A stretch of 64,000 bases of DNA, from positions 162,074-226,073 of the IMG/VR virus record IMGVR_UViG_3300036846_000743, one strand, 5' to 3'. A program made the translations under genes and the position numbers. This document shows positions 55,047 to 63,065 of the stretch, in pieces. Below the pieces are notes generated by a model. That model worked only from the letters and a program-made list of their open reading frames with translations. It had not been told where the DNA came from and searched no databases. Within the stretch, counting starts at the first letter, position 1, and every line of letters begins with the position of its first letter.

Positions 55047-56587
55047 GTGAAAAACATCCGTGCAACGCCTGAACTGGAGAATGTGCCAGCTGGCTCGATC
55101 TGCACCCAGGCGTGCTTCTTGTAAACACGGCGTCGTGCCATGGCCTGCTTGTAAAACTGCTCGTCAAACTCGTCATTGAAGTCATAGACGACACCGTATT
55201 CCTTTCCGGACTCATCGTGAATACGCGAGACGCGAGACGGTCCCTGAGTCGCATCGATGGGCGAGGAACCCCCGCCAGCCCAGATCAGGGCCGCCAGGGC
55301 GTCGAATGACACACCCAAACGCCAGACGCCGGTAGCAATGGCGCCCCGGATCTTGCCTGCTTCGAAGTCCTCGCGGAGTTGCTTGCGAACAGCAACCGTC
55401 AATGGCGTGTAGTTAACCGGCAGCAACCCGTACTTGCGGTAGTAGCCCTCATCGGCCTCGTCGATGTTGCCGTAGCAGAGCGCGAAGTCAGGCATGAGCC
55501 TGGCCAGGTGCAGCAAATGTTCAATCTTATCGACCAGCACTAAGATCTGGTCGCCTTCTTCGTAGTGCTTTTGAGCGATCTTAGCGATATGCGCATTCCG
55601 GACCTTATTCGTCCAGATGCCATGCCGTTTCCTCGCTGTATCGCCCTGTAGCCCCTTCGTCGGGTTGCCACCCATTTCCACCCGCTGCCAGCGTACCTCG
55701 ATCGGTACGACCAGCTTGAGGCCAACAGCCTCGGGGTAGGTCAGCTTAAACAGAGTCCCGCCGAAGACCGCTTCCATGCGGGCATCTGCGTTATCGGATC
55801 GTCCCTCGACGGTGGCCGTGAAGCCAAAGCGAATGGCCTGGGGGGTCGTCGTGACGATATCGGCAACGTAGGTCTCGGCGAGCAGCTCGTGAACCTCGTC
55901 GCCAAGGAACAGATCCGCAGTCCCAGCGTAATTCCCCACCGACGCAGCCGTAGCCACAGTCACGCGGGCTTGCTTGGCCCGCCCGGCTCCGCGCTGGCCG
56001 ATCGACGGCTGCGGCAGATAGCGGAGCAGCACGCGGATTGTCTTCTGCACGTTGTCAGTCGACTTCACGCAGATCAGGATCTGGGCCGTAGGTAGAAGCA
56101 TTGCCAGGGCGGCGAATAGCTCAGTCTTGCCGAAACCAGCGGCAGCATCGATCACGCCGCCGCGACGAGCCTTGTAGGCCGCCTCGATGGTCCGCAGGGC
56201 TTCTTCCTGGCGGGGCCGGAACTGGAATGACCCCAGGTTGTCCCAGTGCCACTCCAGCTGCTGAGGAAACTGGGGGGAGTCATCAACATAGCAGATCTGA
56301 TAACCCTGGCTGGCGAGTATCTTCTGTACCCGGTCATAATAACCAGCCGGGAAGTTAAGGCAGCCGTAGTCATCGATGCTGAACAGCTTGCGCTGCTCGG
56401 TCTTGATCCGCTGACCGGAAGACTTACCGAACGCTTCACGGCCGTACAGCCGCGTCACGTGCCGGTACTGCATGTAGTAGGTCAGCTCGGAATAGACGTC
56501 GATCGGCAGTGGCTCGTCGAGCCGGCTAGCCAGGTAGAGCGCATTACCGTTTCGGACCAGTAACGCTTTGAGTGGCGAAGTGATCAT
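55043..56587 (-). CDS. superfamily 2 helicase (UvsW/XPB-like)
   Basis: RPRQ, AAAGFGKT, DEVH, GFTAT and Q...RVSR. Confidence 0.9.
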   Translation of the reverse strand: MITSPLKALLVRNGNALYLASRLDEPLPIDVYSELTYYMQYRHVTRLYGREAFGKSSGQRIKTEQRKLFSIDDYGCLNFPAGYYDRVQKILASQGYQICYVDDSPQFPQQLEWHWDNLGSFQFRPRQEEALRTIEAAYKARRGGVIDAAAGFGKTELFAALAMLLPTAQILICVKSTDNVQKTIRVLLRYLPQPSIGQRGAGRAKQARVTVATAASVGNYAGTADLFLGDEVHELLAETYVADIVTTTPQAIRFGFTATVEGRSDNADARMEAVFGGTLFKLTYPEAVGLKLVVPIEVRWQRVEMGGNPTKGLQGDTARKRHGIWTNKVRNAHIAKIAQKHYEEGDQILVLVDKIEHLLHLARLMPDFALCYGNIDEADEGYYRKYGLLPVNYTPLTVAVRKQLREDFEAGKIRGAIATGVWRLGVSFDALAALIWAGGGSSPIDATQGPSRVSRIHDESGKEYGVVYDFNDEFDEQFYKQAMARRRVYKKHAWVQIEPAGTFSSSGVARMFFT

Positions 56588-56692
56588 TGTTCCCCTTCCG
56601 CAGTCACAAACTGCGCAAAGGGGCTTGTCAGGGCTATTTGCGCCCTGTACACTTCCTTTGGCATGTGAGGAGCCCTGGTTTTGGGATCAAGT
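56588..56692 (-). other. 105-nt structured intergenic segment
   Basis: Hairpins at 56592-56623 (contains the helicase RBS GAAGGGG) and 56629-56647. Confidence 0.5.
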
Positions 56693-57235
56693 TCACGCGA
56701 GCCCGTCGGGTGGCCCCCCGGCGGGCTCGCTGCTTTTCAGCACGTCGCTCTGCGGGATGGCCCTCCCCGCTGGATGAACCGACACGACAGTAAACCGGCC
56801 GTATTCGCCCGGTTTATAGGGCGAAATACCCCGGAACTTGCCAGCCACTTCCATCAACGCTACGAACGTATTGACTGTGAGATCGACCGGTAGAACACAA
56901 TCTATGCCGACAACCCGCCCAGGCAGGAACGCCTCGTGCTGGGCATACCTGGGCCGGGCGTTCTCAGGCCGGTTAGGTTCTTGGATATACCGCTGCCAAA
57001 GCCGCGGGCTGCCGTCAATAGCCGGTGACCATTCGATCTTCTTGACGGTGGCAATCGGGATATTCTTGATCCTGGCGGCATGGGTCACTATAGCTCGCCA
57101 CCAGGTCTGATGGAACAGCACTTGGCCGTCAGGGGTCCGTGGGAAGCAAAATACAGTTCCCAACCCTTCACGGGGGCGCTTATCTGCACCCAAGCAAGGC
57201 AAAATAAAACGAAGCAGGACCTTGACCTCTTGCAC
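56693..57235 (-). CDS. stand-alone RAMP (Cas7/Csm3-like) protein
   Basis: VKVLLRFILPCLG; FPRTPDGQVLF...WRAIV..AA; HEAFLPG..V.I; C-terminal Gly loop AGKFRGISPYKPGEYGRFTV; AGGAGG RBS. Confidence 0.6.
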   Translation of the reverse strand: MQEVKVLLRFILPCLGADKRPREGLGTVFCFPRTPDGQVLFHQTWWRAIVTHAARIKNIPIATVKKIEWSPAIDGSPRLWQRYIQEPNRPENARPRYAQHEAFLPGRVVGIDCVLPVDLTVNTFVALMEVAGKFRGISPYKPGEYGRFTVVSVHPAGRAIPQSDVLKSSEPAGGPPDGLA

Positions 57236-57254
57236 GTCGGATCCTCCTGCCGAC

Positions 57255-57283
57255 GCACGGCGTTACGCTGCGTAACGCCGTGC
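57255..57283. repeat. perfect 14-bp inverted repeat with a 1-nt centre
   Basis: gcacggcgttacgc-t-gcgtaacgccgtgc between the IS110/Nop-like and RAMP-like genes. Confidence 0.95.
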
Positions 57284-57286
57284 CGG

Positions 57287-58312
57287 TCATTTCCCGCCCG
57301 CGACAACATCGCGATGCCGCACATAAGCAGCTGCTTCTGCGCGATCCACAAAGAAATGGTCTGGCGCGAACAAGCCTTCCTGGCGAGGACGCTTGCCCGG
57401 CGCTGCGGGCTTACCTTCGACCCGATCGCAGTAAAGCGCATCGAGCCACACCAGCCGCAGATAGTCCACGAACATCTGACTGGCTCGAAGAGCACCCTTT
57501 ACAGGGCCTTCTTCTCGCCGGTAGCGGCGCCAGAGAAAACAGCCTGGATGATCACGATGCTGGATCGGCGGTGGGCCAAGACCAAACCAGGTATCGAACA
57601 CCAGGCGGCACCGCGCCGTCCCGTCAGACTCCTTGTAGAACCCGAGCACGCTGGCCATCGTTCGCGGATCAAGGCCCAGATAAGCATGCAGCTTGGCCGC
57701 GTCGTCGTGATAAGAGATGACGTCGCCATCGCGGCGAGGCGCGCGCAGCGACACGTACCAGCGAGGATCAAGTATGACCCCCAGCAGCCGTGCCAACTTA
57801 TCCAGATGAAGATACTTGATGAATGACAGGGCCGGCCACGCCGGATGTTCCTCGAGCATCCGATGGCGAAAGTCGCCCATGCTGAAGTCTTGATCGTAAC
57901 CGGCGGCCGCTGCAATGGCGTATGCCGGATAGTCGGTATCGCCGAATTCGTGCCAGCCTCCCAGGGCCGGGTTCAGCCCGTCAGCAGCCGAATCACGCAT
58001 CCGAACCAGCATGAGCTTCGGATTGTCACGCTCGGCGCGAGTCCGGCCAACAACTGCCGGACTCGCAACTTCCAACCGTAGCAGATCACCGCTCCTCTTG
58101 CGGCCGTGCATCGCACACAGAGCCCGGGCGTTGCCGACGCTACCGACCATCCGGATATGACGGGCGCGCTGACAAGCACCGTCCCCGAGAAAGCTCTCAA
58201 CAGGTGCGTGCGTATTGGTGGCGACGCGACCGCCATCCACATACCACACAAGGCCATCCTGCGCCGTGTGCATCTTGAGAACCTGATCCTCGAGGACTTC
58301 CGGTAAAGACAT
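57287..58312 (-). CDS. IS110/Nop-domain-like (Tas-like) protein, apparently catalytically degenerate
   Basis: HPAWPALSFI.....LARLLGVILDPRWY...AKLHAYLGLDP...GALRASQMFVDYLRLVW; no DEDD tetrad recognisable in the N-terminal domain. Confidence 0.55.
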   Translation of the reverse strand: MSLPEVLEDQVLKMHTAQDGLVWYVDGGRVATNTHAPVESFLGDGACQRARHIRMVGSVGNARALCAMHGRKRSGDLLRLEVASPAVVGRTRAERDNPKLMLVRMRDSAADGLNPALGGWHEFGDTDYPAYAIAAAAGYDQDFSMGDFRHRMLEEHPAWPALSFIKYLHLDKLARLLGVILDPRWYVSLRAPRRDGDVISYHDDAAKLHAYLGLDPRTMASVLGFYKESDGTARCRLVFDTWFGLGPPPIQHRDHPGCFLWRRYRREEGPVKGALRASQMFVDYLRLVWLDALYCDRVEGKPAAPGKRPRQEGLFAPDHFFVDRAEAAAYVRHRDVVAGGK

Positions 58313-58345
58313 GTGGTTACCCCCATGATTGGACCGATAAAGACT

Positions 58346-60478
58346 TCATCCGGCCAGTCGCAGGACACCGTCGAAGAGAACCTCGAAGGATGGCTCGTGC
58401 GTGACGAGCAGGCATTGAATGCCACGACTCTCGGAGAGATCGCGCATCTTGCCGATCGCCACTTCCAGGCATGCAAGGTTCCTCTCGTCAAGCGACTCGG
58501 TCGGTTCATCCAGACACAGCAGCCCAGCCGTGCCTGCGAACAAGGAGTTTACAGCGACACGGAAAGCCAAGGCAAGCAGGACCTTCTGACCTTCACTAAG
58601 ACGCTGCGCGGGCGAAACCGTACCAGCATAGGCCCCACGCAGGAATGTAGTCGTGAAGTTCAGGCCATCACCCAGGCTCACCCGAAAGTCGGCATCGAAC
58701 GACTCCAGCAGCTCGTTGGTGTCGTCCGCCAAGATCTCCAAGTAATTATGCGCCACGATCTTGGGCAGGCGATCGTGGTGCATGACCTTGCGGACCTCGC
58801 TCAGGTGGTAGACCCAGAGACGGTCCATCTCGGCCTTGCGCTCGGCCGCTTCCAGCCGCCCTAGCATATCCTCGTCGGACTTCAGGGCGTCCTTGATGGC
58901 ATGCAGCTCACCTTCGGCCCTGACGACCAGCTGACCGAGCGGCTCGACCTCGCGCAGCGCTTCCCGAGCCTTCTTGACCGCAGCCTCGTCGGGAGCCGTG
59001 CCTAGCGCATCACTGCTCTTGACGTGCTTCAGACTGATCTCGTCCAGCTTGCCGCTGCTCCGGCTCACTTCCTTGCGCAGATGCGTAACCCGGATCTCGG
59101 TCTCGGCGATGGCCCTGTCCATGGTTATCCCGGCATCGATCATCTCGCGACAGGTGTCGGGATCAGCAACAGGAACTTCCCCGTTGCTGGCTGTGAAAGC
59201 CGCCTGGTCAAGAGATAGTGTGATCATGCGCTTGGCATGATCCTGGGACCAGCCTTGCCACCGCGCGTGCTCGCGACTGTAACCGGCGTGTTCCTCCTGG
59301 ACCTGAGTCGCATCCTTGAGCGCCTTCTTCAAGCCAGGCAGTTCAGTCTTGTAGAGCTTAACTTTCTTCAGGATCACATCGGTCTCCGTGCCGCAGGTCG
59401 GACAGACCTTCGGTTCGTCCTTGAACCATTTCAGTAGCTCTTCGCGCGTCCTGATCGAATGCCCCAGCTCATCGATCTTCTCCTTCACCACCTTTTCGCC
59501 CGGATAGCCCTTGGGCTCTTGCGGCTCTGGATGTGCTGTCCGTTCCGTTTTCAGGCCATCTTCTCGGGCCTTGAGCGCTTCTTCCTGCTCCCGCCGTTTC
59601 TTGGCGACTTCCCATTTGGCCAGGGCCTCCTGGGCGGCATTGATGTCCCCGGCGGCGCCCGCTTTGGCCTGTTCGAGTTCAGCCTGCTCCTGCACAGCAG
59701 CCGTCAGCTCTTTCTGCCTGGCCTCCAGGTCGGCTGCCAGCTCATCGACCTGCTCGCCCAGGGAAACGACGACCACGCGATCACGCCGCCACTGTTCGTC
59801 GCGACTGACCAGCGCCTGGGCCGCCGGGACGTCGAGCTTGTTGATCACGGCGTTGTCCTTGGCGATCGCCGCCACCAGCTCATCCCGGCGACCCTGGTTG
59901 CGCGCGACCCGCGCACGCAACGTGTCGATCTCCGGATTGGGCTGTGCCGGGTTGACCCGCTTGATCTCGGCATCCAGGAGTTTGTAGATAACATCGGCGC
60001 GCGCCAGGTCGAACAGCTGGCCGAAGGTCTTGTTGCGCTCGGCTGGCGTCTCGTCGATGAATGCAGCCATGTTCCGCTGCGGGACGAAAATGTACTCGGA
60101 CAGGATACGCTGATCCACTCCGAGTAGATCCAGGACCGCCGCGGTCACGGCGTTGTCGCCGTCGATCGCGTCGCCACTGCCGATCCGGCAAGTACTGACC
60201 CCTCGACGTAGTACGCGGATAATCTCGACCTTGATCCCGTTATGCTCGAAGTTGAGCACGATCCGGGACCGCTCCCGGTTATCTGCCAGCTGGCAGATAT
60301 TCTCGGTCTTAGTCCCCGCGTTGTCGATTGTGCCCAGGATGGCGCCTCGTATCGCCTTAACAACATTGCTCTTGCCAGAGCCATTCGGCCCCACGATGCC
60401 GTTGAGCCCGTGATGCCAGACATGCTTCAAATGCCGATGCTGGCAGAAATTCTCCAGGACAAGCCGTTCCAGCTTCAT
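58346..60478 (-). CDS. SbcC/Rad50-like ATPase
   Basis: GPNGSGKS, coiled coil with CPTC hook, LSEGQ, LDEP and VTH. Confidence 0.92.
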   Translation of the reverse strand: MKLERLVLENFCQHRHLKHVWHHGLNGIVGPNGSGKSNVVKAIRGAILGTIDNAGTKTENICQLADNRERSRIVLNFEHNGIKVEIIRVLRRGVSTCRIGSGDAIDGDNAVTAAVLDLLGVDQRILSEYIFVPQRNMAAFIDETPAERNKTFGQLFDLARADVIYKLLDAEIKRVNPAQPNPEIDTLRARVARNQGRRDELVAAIAKDNAVINKLDVPAAQALVSRDEQWRRDRVVVVSLGEQVDELAADLEARQKELTAAVQEQAELEQAKAGAAGDINAAQEALAKWEVAKKRREQEEALKAREDGLKTERTAHPEPQEPKGYPGEKVVKEKIDELGHSIRTREELLKWFKDEPKVCPTCGTETDVILKKVKLYKTELPGLKKALKDATQVQEEHAGYSREHARWQGWSQDHAKRMITLSLDQAAFTASNGEVPVADPDTCREMIDAGITMDRAIAETEIRVTHLRKEVSRSSGKLDEISLKHVKSSDALGTAPDEAAVKKAREALREVEPLGQLVVRAEGELHAIKDALKSDEDMLGRLEAAERKAEMDRLWVYHLSEVRKVMHHDRLPKIVAHNYLEILADDTNELLESFDADFRVSLGDGLNFTTTFLRGAYAGTVSPAQRLSEGQKVLLALAFRVAVNSLFAGTAGLLCLDEPTESLDERNLACLEVAIGKMRDLSESRGIQCLLVTHEPSFEVLFDGVLRLAG

Positions 60479-61587
60479 ACGCTCTCCTCACTTGATGCTT
60501 CGTAGAACTCATTTCTCATGGCCTCCAGCTCGATCCGCGGATCGGCGACTTCCAGCAGCCGTACCGATGAATCCCGCACTGGGCCGGGCTCGCAAACCAT
60601 GTGAACAGCACCGGCCAGGCCACGATCCGCAACCTGTCGACGAGCTGTAGCCGACGGTGCCCGTTCGTCGCGACGCCGGCTCCGGTGCCGCAGGAACAGA
60701 TGACAGCGATCTTCGAGTGCATTAGCCAGCTTGGCACCAAGGCCCTCGATGTCATCGTAGTAGGCAATATCGATCACGGCCCGCTTGATCCCCTCGCCGT
60801 CCAGGGGCAAGTCACGGCGCGCCAGAAAGGCTTCAGCTTCCTGATGTGTCGTGATCTGGTAGCGGCGAATCGGCCGCGTATCGAGATTGATCGACTCGAC
60901 ACGGAACGGGTTCGCATCGTTATAGATGGCATAGAACCGTTTTGTCTCTTCTTCGGCCACATCGCGGACGTGGGTTGAACCTGGCGAAAGCGCCACGCCC
61001 ATTGACCCATTCAGGGCCTTATAGCTCAGCTCTGTGTGCACGTGATAGTCACCAGCCAGTAAGTGCATCGCGAACGGTAACTGCGCCATCGACAGCTCGG
61101 CCTGGCGCACGTTGCCCATGAATTCGTGCCATACCTGGTGACAGAGCAGGAATGATCCTGACGGGGCCTGGAGGGTAGCATACGTCGCCATGAACTCGGC
61201 AGGCCGCATGTAGTCGAGCCCGTAGATCATGAAGTCGTCCACGTCGTACACCAGACCGTGCAAGTGAACCGGATCTGGATGGATCGAAGGCCAGTCCTGC
61301 CGGCCATCGTGCTGCCCGAGGACATAGACGACCTGTACTTCGTCACCGCTGAGCTTCTCGAACTGATCACGCAGGAACTTGATCGTCTCGGGCCGCGGCG
61401 TCGGCTTGTCCAGGATGTCTCCGCCCAGCGCCAGAATATTCGCTTTGTGTTCGCAGCAGAACCCAACGATCTGCTCGAACGAGTGCTGAGCATCCCCAGT
61501 GATGCCTCGGTACTTCCAGGCGCCGGTTTCGTCGAAATGCAGGTCCGCCGCGAACACGATGGACGGACGGTCGAGCTTGGTCATCAC
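60475..61587 (-). CDS. SbcD/Mre11-like nuclease
   Basis: ADLH, GGDILD, GQHD, CHQ, GDYH and PGS. Confidence 0.9.
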   Translation of the reverse strand: MMTKLDRPSIVFAADLHFDETGAWKYRGITGDAQHSFEQIVGFCCEHKANILALGGDILDKPTPRPETIKFLRDQFEKLSGDEVQVVYVLGQHDGRQDWPSIHPDPVHLHGLVYDVDDFMIYGLDYMRPAEFMATYATLQAPSGSFLLCHQVWHEFMGNVRQAELSMAQLPFAMHLLAGDYHVHTELSYKALNGSMGVALSPGSTHVRDVAEEETKRFYAIYNDANPFRVESINLDTRPIRRYQITTHQEAEAFLARRDLPLDGEGIKRAVIDIAYYDDIEGLGAKLANALEDRCHLFLRHRSRRRDERAPSATARRQVADRGLAGAVHMVCEPGPVRDSSVRLLEVADPRIELEAMRNEFYEASSEESV

Positions 61588-61877
61588 AACCCTTTCTTAG
61601 TCTTTTCGAGATACTCATGGAGAAGTTTCATCTGATAGTCAGTCAGGCGATGCCGCCGCTTCATCTTCTCCAGATAATAGCGCTCATTCGCCTTGTAGAC
61701 AGCTTCGCAGTACTCGAAGAACGACTGCCCGGACTTTTCGAGAGCCCTGGCCAGCCGGAGCGCGTCGACGGCGCTGGGGATCTTGTAGATCCTCCTCAGC
61801 TCAAAGACATGCTCCATGAGTTCACCTTCACGCTCAGAAGTTTCGTCCCACAACTTGTCGAAAACGATGGAAACCAT
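61584..61877 (-). CDS. hypothetical protein
   Basis: AAGGAG RBS before MVSIVFDK. Confidence 0.65.
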   Translation of the reverse strand: MVSIVFDKLWDETSEREGELMEHVFELRRIYKIPSAVDALRLARALEKSGQSFFEYCEAVYKANERYYLEKMKRRHRLTDYQMKLLHEYLEKTKKGL

Positions 61878-61886
61878 GATGGCTCC

Positions 61887-62011
61887 TTGACAGTTTGGCC
61901 GCTCCCTGGTGACCATGAGGATACAGCCTGGTTGGGCCCTCCAAAGTGCGCCGACTGGATGGCGCTCCCCAACAAGGATGGACCATGGATGTTTCGCACG
62001 GAGGAAGTCTC
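61887..62011 (+). promoter_or_regulatory. putative csrA promoter and GGA-rich leader (CsrA-binding sites)
   Basis: TTGACA at 61887 with a weak -10 (GACCAT); seven GGA at 61919, 61957, 61976, 61980, 61987, 62000 and 62003. Confidence 0.65.
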
Positions 62012-62260
62012 ATGCTAGTCCTATCGCGAAAAATTGGCGAGCGGATCCACATCAATGATGATGTCGTCATCACGGTGATCCGGATCCAAGGGGACAAGGT
62101 GCGCCTCGGTATCGAAGCCCCTCGCATCATCCCGGTGCACCGGGCAGAAGTCCTGGAACGGATCAGGATCGCGGCGGCCCTGGCGCCACAGCCCGATACA
62201 TCGGCTCCTGGCATGCCTGCATCTGAAGAGCGGCCTACCAGAGTGGCTCGCCGTCCCTAG
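62012..62260 (+). CDS. csrA: carbon storage regulator CsrA/RsmA
   Basis: MLVLSRKIGERIHINDDVVITVIRIQGDKVRLGIEAPRIIPVHRAEV; GGAGG RBS. Confidence 0.95.
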   Translation: MLVLSRKIGERIHINDDVVITVIRIQGDKVRLGIEAPRIIPVHRAEVLERIRIAAALAPQPDTSAPGMPASEERPTRVARRP

Positions 62261-63065
62261 TCTGCTTGCGGAACCACGCATAATACTGCCGCAGGGACTG
62301 TTCGTCGTGCACCGCAACATATCGAATGGGATGGTAGATGAGGAAGTCGCGGCGCAGAATCTTCGGGCTCGGCGCCAGTCGCATGTGATTGTGCTGGTTG
62401 GCGTAGATGGGCGGCTTGGGATCATCCATGCTGCCCCAGGTGACGACGTACGCGCCGAGAATCTGGGCGACCCACGAAATGTATGGGTCAGGCCAGAGTG
62501 GCCATCCCGCGCAGCCATCCGGCACCAACAGGCTACGTTCGACCATCGCATCGACCAGCCCGCGAGACATCCAGTTGATCGCGTAGAAGATCGTTTCTGA
62601 ACTCAGGTCTACGGGCCCGAAGATGTTCCTGGCTTCGGGCAGCCAGCGACCTAGCAGCTGGGGCACCTGCTTCCAGTAGTTCTGATAGTGGACCCTATCA
62701 CGGACCCCGAGCAGATCGATAGCTGTGAGATCCATCTTGGCGATTGCCCACTCGTCGATGCCGCAACCGATCGGGAGTGCGTCATCGTCGAGGCAGAGCA
62801 CATACCTGAAGTCGATGCCGTCGTTGAGGGCAAACTGGATGCCCTCGTAGTTCTTGAACCCTGATAGATGCTTCTGCCCGGGAAGCCGCGATGCGATCCG
62901 AAAGTAATTATCCTCACGGCGAATCACCGGATCGTCGCGCTCGAGTGTGTCGTCCACACAGACGATGGCGCACGGCAGTGTATGCGACCAGCGAATCGCT
63001 TCCACATGATCCTGGATGATACCCTTCCTGTTGGTCGTGAAAACGACCAGGGTTTCTACCTTCAT
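62235..63065 (-). CDS. putative GT-A glycosyltransferase
   Basis: VCVDD and VLCLDDDALP; ATGA-coupled to the GT75-like gene. Confidence 0.6.
   Translation of the reverse strand: MKVETLVVFTTNRKGIIQDHVEAIRWSHTLPCAIVCVDDTLERDDPVIRREDNYFRIASRLPGQKHLSGFKNYEGIQFALNDGIDFRYVLCLDDDALPIGCGIDEWAIAKMDLTAIDLLGVRDRVHYQNYWKQVPQLLGRWLPEARNIFGPVDLSSETIFYAINWMSRGLVDAMVERSLLVPDGCAGWPLWPDPYISWVAQILGAYVVTWGSMDDPKPPIYANQHNHMRLAPSPKILRRDFLIYHPIRYVAVHDEQSLRQYYAWFRKQTRDGEPLW

Noticed and set aside
56588-56692. TIGR-like or other periodic guide array
   Set aside because: No regular repeat period is visible by eye; only two hairpins and short irregular repeats.
57287-58312. Active IS110 insertion sequence
   Set aside because: No recognisable DEDD tetrad, no room for non-coding ends, and it sits seamlessly in the operon.
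58346-61587. SbcCD as a defence system (Wadjet/Lamassu)
   Set aside because: A Mre11/Rad50-like pair with a Zn hook in a replication operon is the ordinary phage recombination nuclease, and no defence partners are adjacent.
94-61635. Long plus-strand ORFs (e.g. 10047-11081, 45380-46555, 52753-54147)
   Set aside because: They are antisense shadows of GC-rich minus-strand genes and have no recognisable motifs.
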